Shown: positions 54,375 through 64,000 of the stretch, one piece after another
How positions within the stretch are numbered: position 1 is the stretch's first letter
How the letters are laid out: each line of letters begins with the position of its first letter
Source: Octopus vulgaris
Taxonomy: Eukaryota
Assembly: GCA_951406725.2 (NCBI GenBank)
Contig: OX597830.1
Location: 41,726,001 to 41,790,000, forward strand
DNA length: 64,000 nucleotides
Reading direction: 5' to 3'
Made by a program: the position numbers and the translations under genes
Notes under the pieces: generated by a model
Seen by the model: only the letters and a program-made list of their open reading frames with translations
Told to the model about the DNA's origin: nothing
Database searches by the model: none

Positions 54375-54706
54375 AGACCCCCTTCGGTCACAACACAGAC
54401 CATGGGATTGCACCTAGAAAGTTACCCTCCCAGGCACAAGTCTGGGCTAGGCTGTTTATGGAAGACCAGCAGTCGCCCATGCATACCAGCCTCCCCTCTC
54501 CACGCCACCAGTGTTATCCAAGGGAAAGGCAAAGGCCTATACAGCTTGGCACCTGTGACGTTGCAACTCATTTCTACAGCTGAGTGAACTGGAACAATGT
54601 GAAATAAAGTGTCTTGCTCAAGAACACAACATGCAGCACGGTCCAGGATTCGAGCTCACAACCTCACAATCGTAAGCTCGACGCTCTAACCACTGAGCCA
54701 TGCGCT
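54375..54706 (-). mobile_element. tRNA-headed CORE-SINE, third family; related heads at 2340-2660 (+) and 51400-51530 (-)
   Basis: GCGCATGGCTCAGTGGTTAGAGCG...TCGAATCC head followed by TTGAGCAAGACACTTTATTTCAC. Confidence 0.8.
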
Positions 54707-55944
54707 TTCACAGTCTGAAATATTTTCTTTAAAAAAATATCTACAGTTTATTCTTATACAATTGTTTATTTTTTATGTTTTACTTGTTTTAGTTATTGGA
54801 ATGTGGCCATTTTGGGGCACCACTTTGAAGAAATTTTAGTTGAATGAATCAATCCCAGTCTTTTTTTCTTTTAAGCTTGGTATTTGTTCTATTGATCTTG
54901 TTTGCTAAACTGTTAAGTTATGGGGATGTAAACACACCAACACTGGTTGTCAAGCAGTGGGGGAAAGGATAAACACAGACACAAAGACACATAGATATAT
55001 ACACATATATACAATGGGCTTCTTTCGGTTTCCGACCACCAAATTCACTCACAAGGCTTTGGTCGGCCTGAGGCTATAATAGAAGACACTTGTCCAAGGT
55101 GCCACTCAGTGAGACTGAACCTGGAACCATATGGTTGGGAAACCATGCCTGCACCTATAACGTGATTAATATGGTTTTAGGTTAAAGGCAGTGAGCTGGC
55201 TGAAACGTTAGCATGCCAGACAAAATGCTTAGCAGTATTTTGTCTGTCTTTATGTACTAAGTTCAAATTCCACCATTCATCCATTTGGGGGTTAATGAAT
55301 TAAGTACCAGCTGTGCACTGGGGTTGATCTAATTGATTGGTCCCCTCCCCAAAAATTTTGGGTCTCGTGCCTAGAGTAGAAAAGATTATGGTTTCAGGTT
55401 TAATATAATAATGTTACAAACCCTTACAGTTCTAATTTCAATAAACATTTTTTCATGGATAATCAAATTACTATTGATATTATTAGTATATTCTATGTGC
55501 AAGAGAATGTATGTTTGTTTCCTTGTCTTGTTTTGACATCATATAATATTGTGAACGAATGTCATACATTTCAAATATTCTGTAGAATCATGTCTCACCA
55601 TGGGGAAATATTTGTTTCAAATGTTGGAACGGGATCAGCGGTTTAGAGGGAGGGGTTAAGTCAATTACATCCCCCCAGTGCTTGACTTGTATTAATTTCA
55701 TCAACCCAGAAAGATGAAAGGCAAAGTTGACCTTGGCAGAATTTGAATCCAGAACATAAAGAAACAAATGAAATGCAATTAAGCATTTTGCTCATTGTGC
55801 TAACGATTCTGCCTGCTCGCTCTTCTTCCCATGAGGAAATATTGCCTTGGTTGGAAATGGATAAGGGTTACTGACAAGAAGGGTAACAGACTAAAAAATC
55901 TGCCTTAATAAACTCCATCCAAATATGCAAAAATGATCATTAAA

Positions 55945-55975
55945 ATGATGGCAATGATGATGATGATGATGGAGA

Positions 55976-56009
<34 letters not shown>

Positions 56010-56165
56010 GATGATGATGATGGTAATGGTGTGGTGGTAGTTGTGATGGTGGTGGTGGTGATGATGATGGTGGTGGTGATGATGTTGATGATGATGATGA
56101 TGTGGTGATGGTGGTGGTGGTGGTGGTGGTGGTGATGATGATGTTGAGGTGGTGGAGGAGGAGGC
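55945..56165. repeat. Compound (GAT)n/(GGT)n microsatellite expanded from a SINE/RTE tail
   Basis: Follows CATTAAAATGATG, the end of the RTE-type tail. Confidence 0.9.
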
Positions 56166-56364
56166 GGTACCAATGTAAGAAATCATCATTATTAGTATTG
56201 ATTGGTGGTGAGTTGGTAGAATTGTAGTGCATCAACTGAAATGCTCAGTAGCATTTCTTCTGGCACTTTACATTTGGAGTTCAGATTACCTTCAGCTTAC
56301 CTTTACCTTTCATCCTTTCAGGATTGATAAATCAAAGCACCAGTCATATATTTGGTTTTGCACA

Positions 56365-56978
56365 TAGTATTATTCTGGAGAAGGTTTAAGAAAACAAGAA
56401 AATTATGAGTTTAGTTTTAAATTTTAAGATTACATAGACAGTATTTTATGTAGGATATGGGCAGTTCCCATGTGCACTATCTTTTGAATTTCTGCCATTT
56501 TGGGATTTCCTGGTATCTGAGCTATTTTGCAATTATTCCTAAGGCACCTATGACAAAGGTATTGTTTTAGTCTTGAAGTACCACATTTTACCAATTTCTA
56601 TTTCAAGATCTTTATACTTACTCAGTTTTTAGTAGATCTTGACAGATACGTTTATATCGATTGGGACAGTCATATCAATGAGGAGGCATGTTCTTTGTCT
56701 GAAGTCTTTCAATATGATGTCTGGCCTATTTGCATCTATCTTTCTGTCAGTTTGAATGGTGAAGTTCCAAAGGAGTGAGATGTGGTCATTTTCAAGCACT
56801 GGAGGTGGATTGTGTTCCCACCAGTTTTTTTCATGGGGAAAATCCGGGTTTTTGCAAATTACCCAGTGAATATATTGTGCAGCTCTATCATGCCTGTTGA
56901 GGTACTCTGTAGGCGCTAGAAGACTGCATTTGGAGACAACATGATCAATGGATTCATTTTGTTGTCGGCATACACGAC
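56365..56978 (-). mobile_element. R4/Dong-clade (RLE) non-LTR retrotransposon 3' end, copy 1
   Basis: RVCRQQNESIDHVVSKC zinc knuckle, RHD, WNFTIQTD, NRPDII..IDMTVP..KLSKYKDL, with a stop and a frameshift. Confidence 0.88.
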
Positions 56979-57020
<42 letters not shown>

Positions 57021-57024
57021 CATC

Positions 57025-57375
57025 AGGAAAGCTCTCAGTTTTACATTGTTGGGTATGATGAAAAGTGTCATCTGTTCACAGCCAGTAGACCAAGATGAAA
57101 CAGTCAGCAGACTAAGAACCCTGTGGAGAACTCTTGCAGACCCAAACAATGATGATTTTGGTAGGTATTCTATCTTTACATTTGTTTCAATCTTTTTGAG
57201 CCATGCTGGTAGTTGAGTACTGATACTTCCAATCATGCCAATCACCATTGGCATCACCTCCACTTTCTCCATTATCCACAGCCTGCATATATACCACTTC
57301 AATTCATCATAGTTGTTTGATTTTTCTTCTTTCTCTTCAATCCTGTTGTAATCAGGACATGCTATGTCAATTATC
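57025..57375 (-). mobile_element. R4/Dong-clade 3' end, copy 2 (different subfamily) with (TAA)n tail at 56979-57020
   Basis: IIDIACP..EKEEKSNNYDEL..LW..VEVMPMVIGMIG..KSSLFGSARVLHRVL. Confidence 0.85.
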
Positions 57376-57400
57376 ATTATTATTGTTATCATCATCATAA

Positions 57401-59610
57401 AAGGCAGCGAGCTGGCAGAAACGCTAGCACGCCGGGTGGAATGTTTAGCAACATTTTGTCTGCCGCTACGTTCTGAGTTCAAATTCCACCGACATTGACT
57501 TTGCCTTTCATCCTTTCGGGGTTGATTAAATAAGTACCAGTTACGCACTGGGGTCATATATAATTGACTTAATCTGTTTGTCTGTCCTCTCTGTGCTTAG
57601 CCTCTTGTGGGTAGTAAAGAAATAGGTATTTTGTCTGCTGCTACGTTCTTGTGCCTCTAGAAGAAAGGATCATTATTATCATTATTACTAGGGTGGCAAG
57701 TTGGAAGGAACATTACTGTGCTGGGTGAAATACTTAGCAGCAGTTTGTCTGACTTTGCCTACTGAGTTTGAATGCCACTGGGGTTGATTTTGCCTTTCAT
57801 CTTTTCAGGGTCGATAAAATAAGTACCAGTTTAATTGACTCAGCCCCTCCTCCAAAATTGCTGGCATTGTGCCAAAATTTGAAATCATTCAAAGTGAGTG
57901 AGCTAAACGAATCTATACTGTGCCAGGTGAAATGATTAGTAGCTTTCATCCATGAGTTCAAATCCCGCCGAGGTCAGCTTTGCCTTTCATCTTTTGGGGA
58001 CAAATAAAATAAATATTAGTTGATCACTGGGCTTGATGTAATTGACCAGTCCCCTCCCCTGAATTTCAGGCCTTGAAAAGATTATTATTATTACTGAATG
58101 AGAGAGCAGCACATGCCATCAAAGTGACACTGGTACAAATATACAAAGCTTAATATACCCATCATGGCTACCTGTCTGATAAGGGTACACCAGACACATG
58201 CATCACATCCATATACATTATCATTACTGTTATTATTATTTCGCTGACATGGCCGATGATAGTACCGCCTGATTGGCACTTGTGCTAGTGGAACGTTAAA
58301 AGAAGCATATCAGGGTGTGATTGTTACCAGGGCCATGGGTTGGCTCCTGTGCCGGTGACACATGAAAAGCACCATTTGAGCGTGATTGTTTCCAGCATTG
58401 CCTTACCTGCACAGGAAAAACAACATTCGAGCGTGGTCGTTACCAGTGCCACCGGACTGGCTCCCATGCAGGTAGCACGTAAAAGCACATTTTGAGCATG
58501 GTCGTTACCAGAACCGCCTGACTAGCCCTCGTGCCAGTGGCACGTAAAAAGCACCCACTACACTCTCGGAGTGGTTGGCGTTAGGAAGGGCATCTAGCTG
58601 TAGAAACTTTGCCAGATCAGATTGAGCCTGGTGGAGCCTCTGGCTCACCAGTCCTCAGTCAAACTGTCCAACCCATGCCAGCATGGAAAGTGGACGTTAA
58701 ACAATGATGATGATGATTATTGTTATTATTATTTCTAAGGCGGTGAGCTGGCAGAATTGTTAGCACACTGGTCAAAATGCTTAGCGGTATTTCACTCATT
58801 GCTATGTTCTGAGTTCAAATTCTGCCAAGGTCAACTTTGTCTTTCATCTTTTCAGAGTCAATAAATTAAGTACCAGTGAAACACATGAATCGTTGTAATC
58901 AACTCATCCCCTCCTCCAAAATGGCTGCCCATGTGGAAAAATTTGAAACCATTACTATTATTATTTCTTGGAGTGATTACTATTATTATTTCTTGGTGGT
59001 GAGTTGGCAGAATCATTTGCATGTTGGATAAAATGCTTAGTGGCATTTTTCCAGCTCTTTATATTTTTAGTTGTTCAAACTCCACCGAGGGTGACTTTGC
59101 CTTTCATCCTTTTAGTGTTGATAAAATAAATACCAGTTGAGCATTGGTGTTGATGTAATTGACTTACTCCTCCACCCTTCTTAAAATTTCTGGCCTTGTA
59201 CCAAAATTTGAAGCCATTATTATTCGGGGTAGTTAGCATGTCTTTCAAAATGCTTGGTGGCATTTTGTCCATCTTTACATTCTGAGTTCAAATTCTGCCA
59301 AAGTTGACTTTGCCTTTCATTCTTTCAGGGTCGATAAAATAAGTACCAGTTGAGTACTGGGGTTGATGTAATCGGTAAACCCCATTCCCCAAAATTTCAG
59401 GCGTCATGCCTTTAGCGGAAAAGGTGGTGAATTGGCAGTATCATTAGATTAGACAAAATACTTGGTGGTATTTGTTCCAGCCCTTTATGAATTGAATCTC
59501 GATCTTCCCCAGGTCAATTTTGCATTTCATTCTTTTAGAGGTGGATAAAATAAAGTATCAGTCAAGCACAGGGGGTCAATGTAATTAACTAACCACTGGC
59601 CCCAGCACCT
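57401..59610 (+). repeat. Head-to-tail array of about seven Meta-type SINEs, mostly with (ATT)n linkers
   Basis: Units start near 57401, 57690, 57893, 58738, 58995, 59230 and 59422. Confidence 0.85.
58250..58716 (+). mobile_element. RTE 3' UTR with tandem subrepeats; related tails at 1-180, 26850-27020, 38925-39100 and 40437-40770 (-)
   Basis: Aligns with 15745-16175 and ends GGACGTTAAACAATGATGATGAT. Confidence 0.8.
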
Positions 59611-59683
59611 TGTCTGTAAAATTAAAAAAACGGTGCCAGTTTAGTGTGCAGTTTATGTGACCATTTACACTTTAGTGTGTAGT

Positions 59684-59776
59684 CTAACCCTAACTGTAGC
59701 CTTAAACCTAAACTCTAAAATCTAACCCTTTATCCTAACTCTAAACTGTGAACCCTATCCCAAACCCAAAGCCCTG
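59684..59776 (+). repeat. Degenerate (CTAACC)n telomere-like hexamer tract
   Basis: CTAACCCTAACT..CTTAAACCTAAACTCTAAAATCTAACCC.. with 6-nt periodicity. Confidence 0.6.
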
Positions 59777-62700
59777 ACACACACGTTAGGTAATTCCACA
59801 GCATAGACTATGGAAACTTAGGGCGATCACATGCTAAAGTAGCATAAAAAAAATTACCGGAGACGGACAGTTTAGAGTTGCTTATGCAACATTCTTAACT
59901 CGTGATTTCCTTTTTCTAATTGCTGTAAAAAATCCAAATATATAAAAGACATTGCAGTCGAGAAATATCAACCCCTTAAATCACTCGAAAACAAATTAAA
60001 ATTATGAATTTTTAGGTAATCAAGCTATACAATAATAAAAAAGAGGAAGTAAATTTTTTTTGACTAAATAACCTTTTCTAATTAATGATCTTATTATTGT
60101 TGAAAATAAAGCATTCTTCACGTTTATATTTAAAAGAACAGTTGAGTTTAAAGAATTGTATCAAAGATAAGACCATCCACAATACAAAAATGATGAAGTC
60201 ATCCTGTAAGTATGAATGAAAAATAAATTGTGATAAATAAAATTTGTGGCCTCAGACCCAGCCATATGTAAATATGAGCGGATATGTGACAATTGGAGGA
60301 TATTTTAATTAATTTATCTTTCACTAGAACAGAAAATATGAGAGGGAAAGTTTACTGACGTAAAAATCATTTTTTGACGCTATATCGTAACAAATTTCAA
60401 TCTATGAGAGAATAACCAAAGATTTTCCTCTGAGAAATCTTACAATCAGGAAGAATTATTGCCGATATCAACATGATTAGTATTTCAGCTTTGCATTATT
60501 TATAATTGAATGTACAATTATATTAAAATCATTTAATTGCCTACTTGAAGAAAAAGTAATATTTTAATATTTATTCTAGTTATTTTGAATCAAATGGTAT
60601 TTGGTTCAGAATAATCAGATATGAAATTTCATATCATACAAGAATATTGGCAAAGAAAAATGTAAAATTCATTGCCAATAAATGAGAGAGAAAGAAAAAT
60701 GTGTCAAAAAGAGGGGAGAGAGAGAGAGAGAAGGGGAGGAGAAAAGATAGAAATAGAAAGAAAGAGAGGAAAAGGGAAAGACAACTATAATAAGAGAAAT
60801 AGAGTTAAATAATAATTAGGGATACACATCTATAAGAAGCTATGTAGTCAATTTAAACATGTTAAGCATAAGACACTTAGGCAGTAACTTTTTACATTTC
60901 TCAATATATTTTCGATATGGTTAAAAGCGTAAGACGAATTATTTTCACACACGCACAATACAATTTTTCCAGATGAATCAAGCAGGCCATTTAAACCTGA
61001 CTCCAAATGTTGATGATAGCAGGTTCCTTTTATGCTGATGACTAAGACATACCAACTAGGATTGGACCACGACACTTTTTATCACTCGATACTCCTTCTC
61101 CATTTTCACATTTTATTTGAAACGATAAATAGAAGCATTTCGCATGTAGCACAGAGAGAGGAGTTTGGGTTGCAATAGTTGTGTTGTATTAGAAGGAACA
61201 TTTTGAAATTGCGATTAACAATTATAACGAATTAATTATATGTTATTGATGGTCAAAGCTTTACTGTTATTGAATAGGTGCAATATTTCAAATTAATAGA
61301 AAGTATTTGCCTGCAATAAATTGCAATGCCATTTTCCCCCTAGTTATAAACCAAATCAGTGTATCTTGAATTAACACTGAACTATCGTTAATGGTTTCTC
61401 AGAGTTATATGGCTACAAACCAGCGAGCCATACATCTATCTTAAATATTAATATATATATGTCACTTCCTATAGTTAGCAATATAGAAAAATATATTTAA
61501 CTTTGAAGAGAACCGTCGACTACATACATATTTGAAAGGCAAAGCTATCAATCACATGGTTTAATTCGAGAACTGCATCATGTCCTAGCCATGATTAAGA
61601 AGCCAACGAAGCTTTCTTTACTAGTAGGCAGATTAACAAAAGTTAATGTCTACCCAGAAAAGCATGATGTCAGCATCACCGTTGTTTATTATTTCATTGA
61701 TCTGCTGCTTTAGTTCTCGTCAGCTCTCGCGTACTTATTTCGAGTCACCTGCTGTGAAATTCACACAGCACACTCATAACTGTTTCTCTCTCTCTCTCCC
61801 CATATCTAGAGCTGACTAATGTTAACTACATACGCCCCACACATTGCTAATAATTTCACCAGTTTCATACAAACATCTCTAACAAAAATAAAAAAAAAAA
61901 TCAACAACTAATTCATTGCTCGAACCTCTCGTTTCTACAAAACAACAGAACAGAGAATGTCAAAAATCATTTTCTAATTAATAATTACAATAAAATATTT
62001 ATCAAGAGGATGGGGGAAAAAAACCCTAATTCAACTAGAATCTGAAAAATTAACATCAGCTTTCTATCCAACGTGCTATCAAGATCTCACGAATAACAGC
62101 AGCAGAATTCTTTCAAAGCCCACTGCTTACTTTCTGGCTTTTATTTTAAGACATGTCAGTCAGCTTTTTAACTACTACATGCAGCCAATGAAATTTCCCA
62201 CAAGCACAATTCATTGTTGGGCGAAGCACTGTAAAAATATAGTAGAAGTCTTTCGTGTGGATTATTAAATGGACACAACGGCGATTTCTAGCAATTCCTG
62301 CTGAAAATCCAGTTGACCAAATCGAAGAAGGTTGGCTATTGTTGGCCACATTAGAAACATTGTGATTATACATATATATTAGTATTATTTTAAAGAAACC
62401 TTTACGATGGCACTACTTCCCAATTGAAAGAATTAAAGAAATCGTTTTCATTCTTCTCGAGTGATTCATCTGGATTGCAAGTCTACAATGAAATAAATTT
62501 TATTTCAAAGCAAATGAACAAAAGACAAATTTATTGGCAACAATTAAAATCGGCCGCTTTCTCCAGTTAATAATGTTCATTCAGGACTTTAATAATCTAG
62601 AAGAATGAGACATTGTGACAAAATTGGAGAGAAGATACAAGTAAAAGAAGAAAAAATATGAGAAGATTTCTGCAACATATTGAAAATGTTTTATTTTAAT

Positions 62701-64000
62701 TAACTGTTAATTAAGGATTTGATTTATCATGAAACAAGGAATTGTTTCTGAAAGAGCATGAAGCACTTCCCTGATGGAATATTTTGAGTACAGGGAGAGA
62801 GATGAAAATATGTAAAACAATTGTAGGAAAATATTGCAAAAAGCGAACTACTTGGCTTTAAAAGAACGATTTGAGTTTTATAGTGAAAGAAAGTAGATGT
62901 TAAAAACGAGCTCAGCAATTGATTAGGGCCTTCCACTCGGATTACTATCTTCCCCCCATCATCAAGTGTTGCTGCTGCTGCTTCTTCTTGTGCTGACACC
63001 ACACCGACATGGCAGTCATTAGACGATTGTGGAAAAGTTGGGTTATTTAGCAGCTCTATATCACTGACGACGTTGAGTGGAGGAAGAGAAGGAAAGCGAG
63101 ACAGTGTGAGGAAGGGTGGGAATGAATGAGAGAGAGAGAGAAGATATAAAACAAGAGAGAGAATGATATAAAGCGAGAGAGTGGCAGCTTTTTATCGGCG
63201 ACGCTGAGTGAAAGAAGAGATAGAGAGTAAACGAGTGAGGGAAAGAAAGAAAGAATAAGAGCTATAATGAGAGTGTGACAGCAGCTGCTGCTACTACTCC
63301 CCTTTACCTACCGACCGAAACTCAGGCAGGCAGACAGCCAGCCAGCCAGAATGAGTAGATGCTTGAGTGAGATGCTCCGTTGGCTAGCATGACTGCTTCA
63401 TGAATATGTAAGCAGCACCAACAGGAACAATTTACCGTCGCCACTATTACTCTGCTGTTTCTGTTGGAACAGAGAGAGAGAGAAAGAGATAGAAACTAAT
63501 ATAATATTACTTCTTAGTCGACGATTAAAAGACAAACGAGAGTTTGAGTGCGAGGAGATATAAGGGATATTTAAAGAAACACCCTGGTCCTGCTGTTGTT
63601 TTCCTTCTCATTGCCAGCACCTTGCAACCAAACAATCTTATGGATGTCTACATGTTTACCAAGTTGCTTCCAAGAATCCTTTCCTTCTATAGGTAGGTAG
63701 TCAAAGTTTCTTTTCTTTCTGGTTTTCTTGAAGGTTGCTTCTGAAATCGGGAGACTTTTTTTCTGAAGGTAAAATAATGGAAGGGCAACTGCGAAGACTG
63801 CTATTGCTGGCTGCTTTGCCTTTTTGCTTTACTAGAAGGAGCTTCGACTATGTCGACCTGGCCATGTTCCACGTCTTTATTTCAAACAGATTTCGTCTTG
63901 CATGTTTGTTCGAAAATAAAATTTCGCCACACTCGAGGTCTTTTTCTCTTTATTTTATTGTGAGTATTGCCAGCCACATGCTTTCATATTTCTCAAACAA

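Noticed and set aside
54630-54706. tRNA-like sequence
   Set aside because: It continues into a CORE-like SINE body, with no proper acceptor stem or T-run terminator.
55891-56235. Poly-His, poly-Pro and poly-Thr ORFs
   Set aside because: Stop-free frames of a trinucleotide expansion; no splice context.
57401-59610. CRISPR-like repeat/spacer periodicity
   Set aside because: The units are ~200-nt diverged SINEs in eukaryotic DNA, with no cas genes.
59684-59776. Interstitial telomere or chromosome fusion scar
   Set aside because: Short and highly degenerate; more likely internal to a non-autonomous transposon.
62146-63002. ORFs 62146-62373 and 62727-63002
   Set aside because: No domain similarity I can recognise and no consistent exon structure.

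Overview
AT-rich eukaryotic genomic DNA. The repeat content (tRNA-derived CORE- and Meta-type SINEs, RTE tails ending in (GAT)n) points to an octopod cephalopod, probably Octopus; this is an inference. Two convergent intron-containing genes are present. The first is the last two exons of a fucose kinase (FCSK/FUK, + strand, 1047-3912). The second is a complete 10-exon, 404-aa DNAJA2-like Hsp40 on the - strand (36252 to 8696) with an 18.6-kb first intron. Most of the rest is layered transposon debris: SINEs, CR1-like, RTE and R4/Dong LINE remnants, Helitron/HINE pieces, and mariner, hAT and piggyBac-type MITEs. The most notable structures are a ~1.27-kb near-perfect palindrome folded back on a mariner MITE (44663-45933), a ZNF143/YY1/HSE promoter-like cassette inside DNAJA2 intron 1, Penelope-type minimal hammerhead-like motifs, and head-to-tail stacks of elements in (TAA/ATT)n tracts. 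All coordinates and translations were done by eye; repeat boundaries are approximate.
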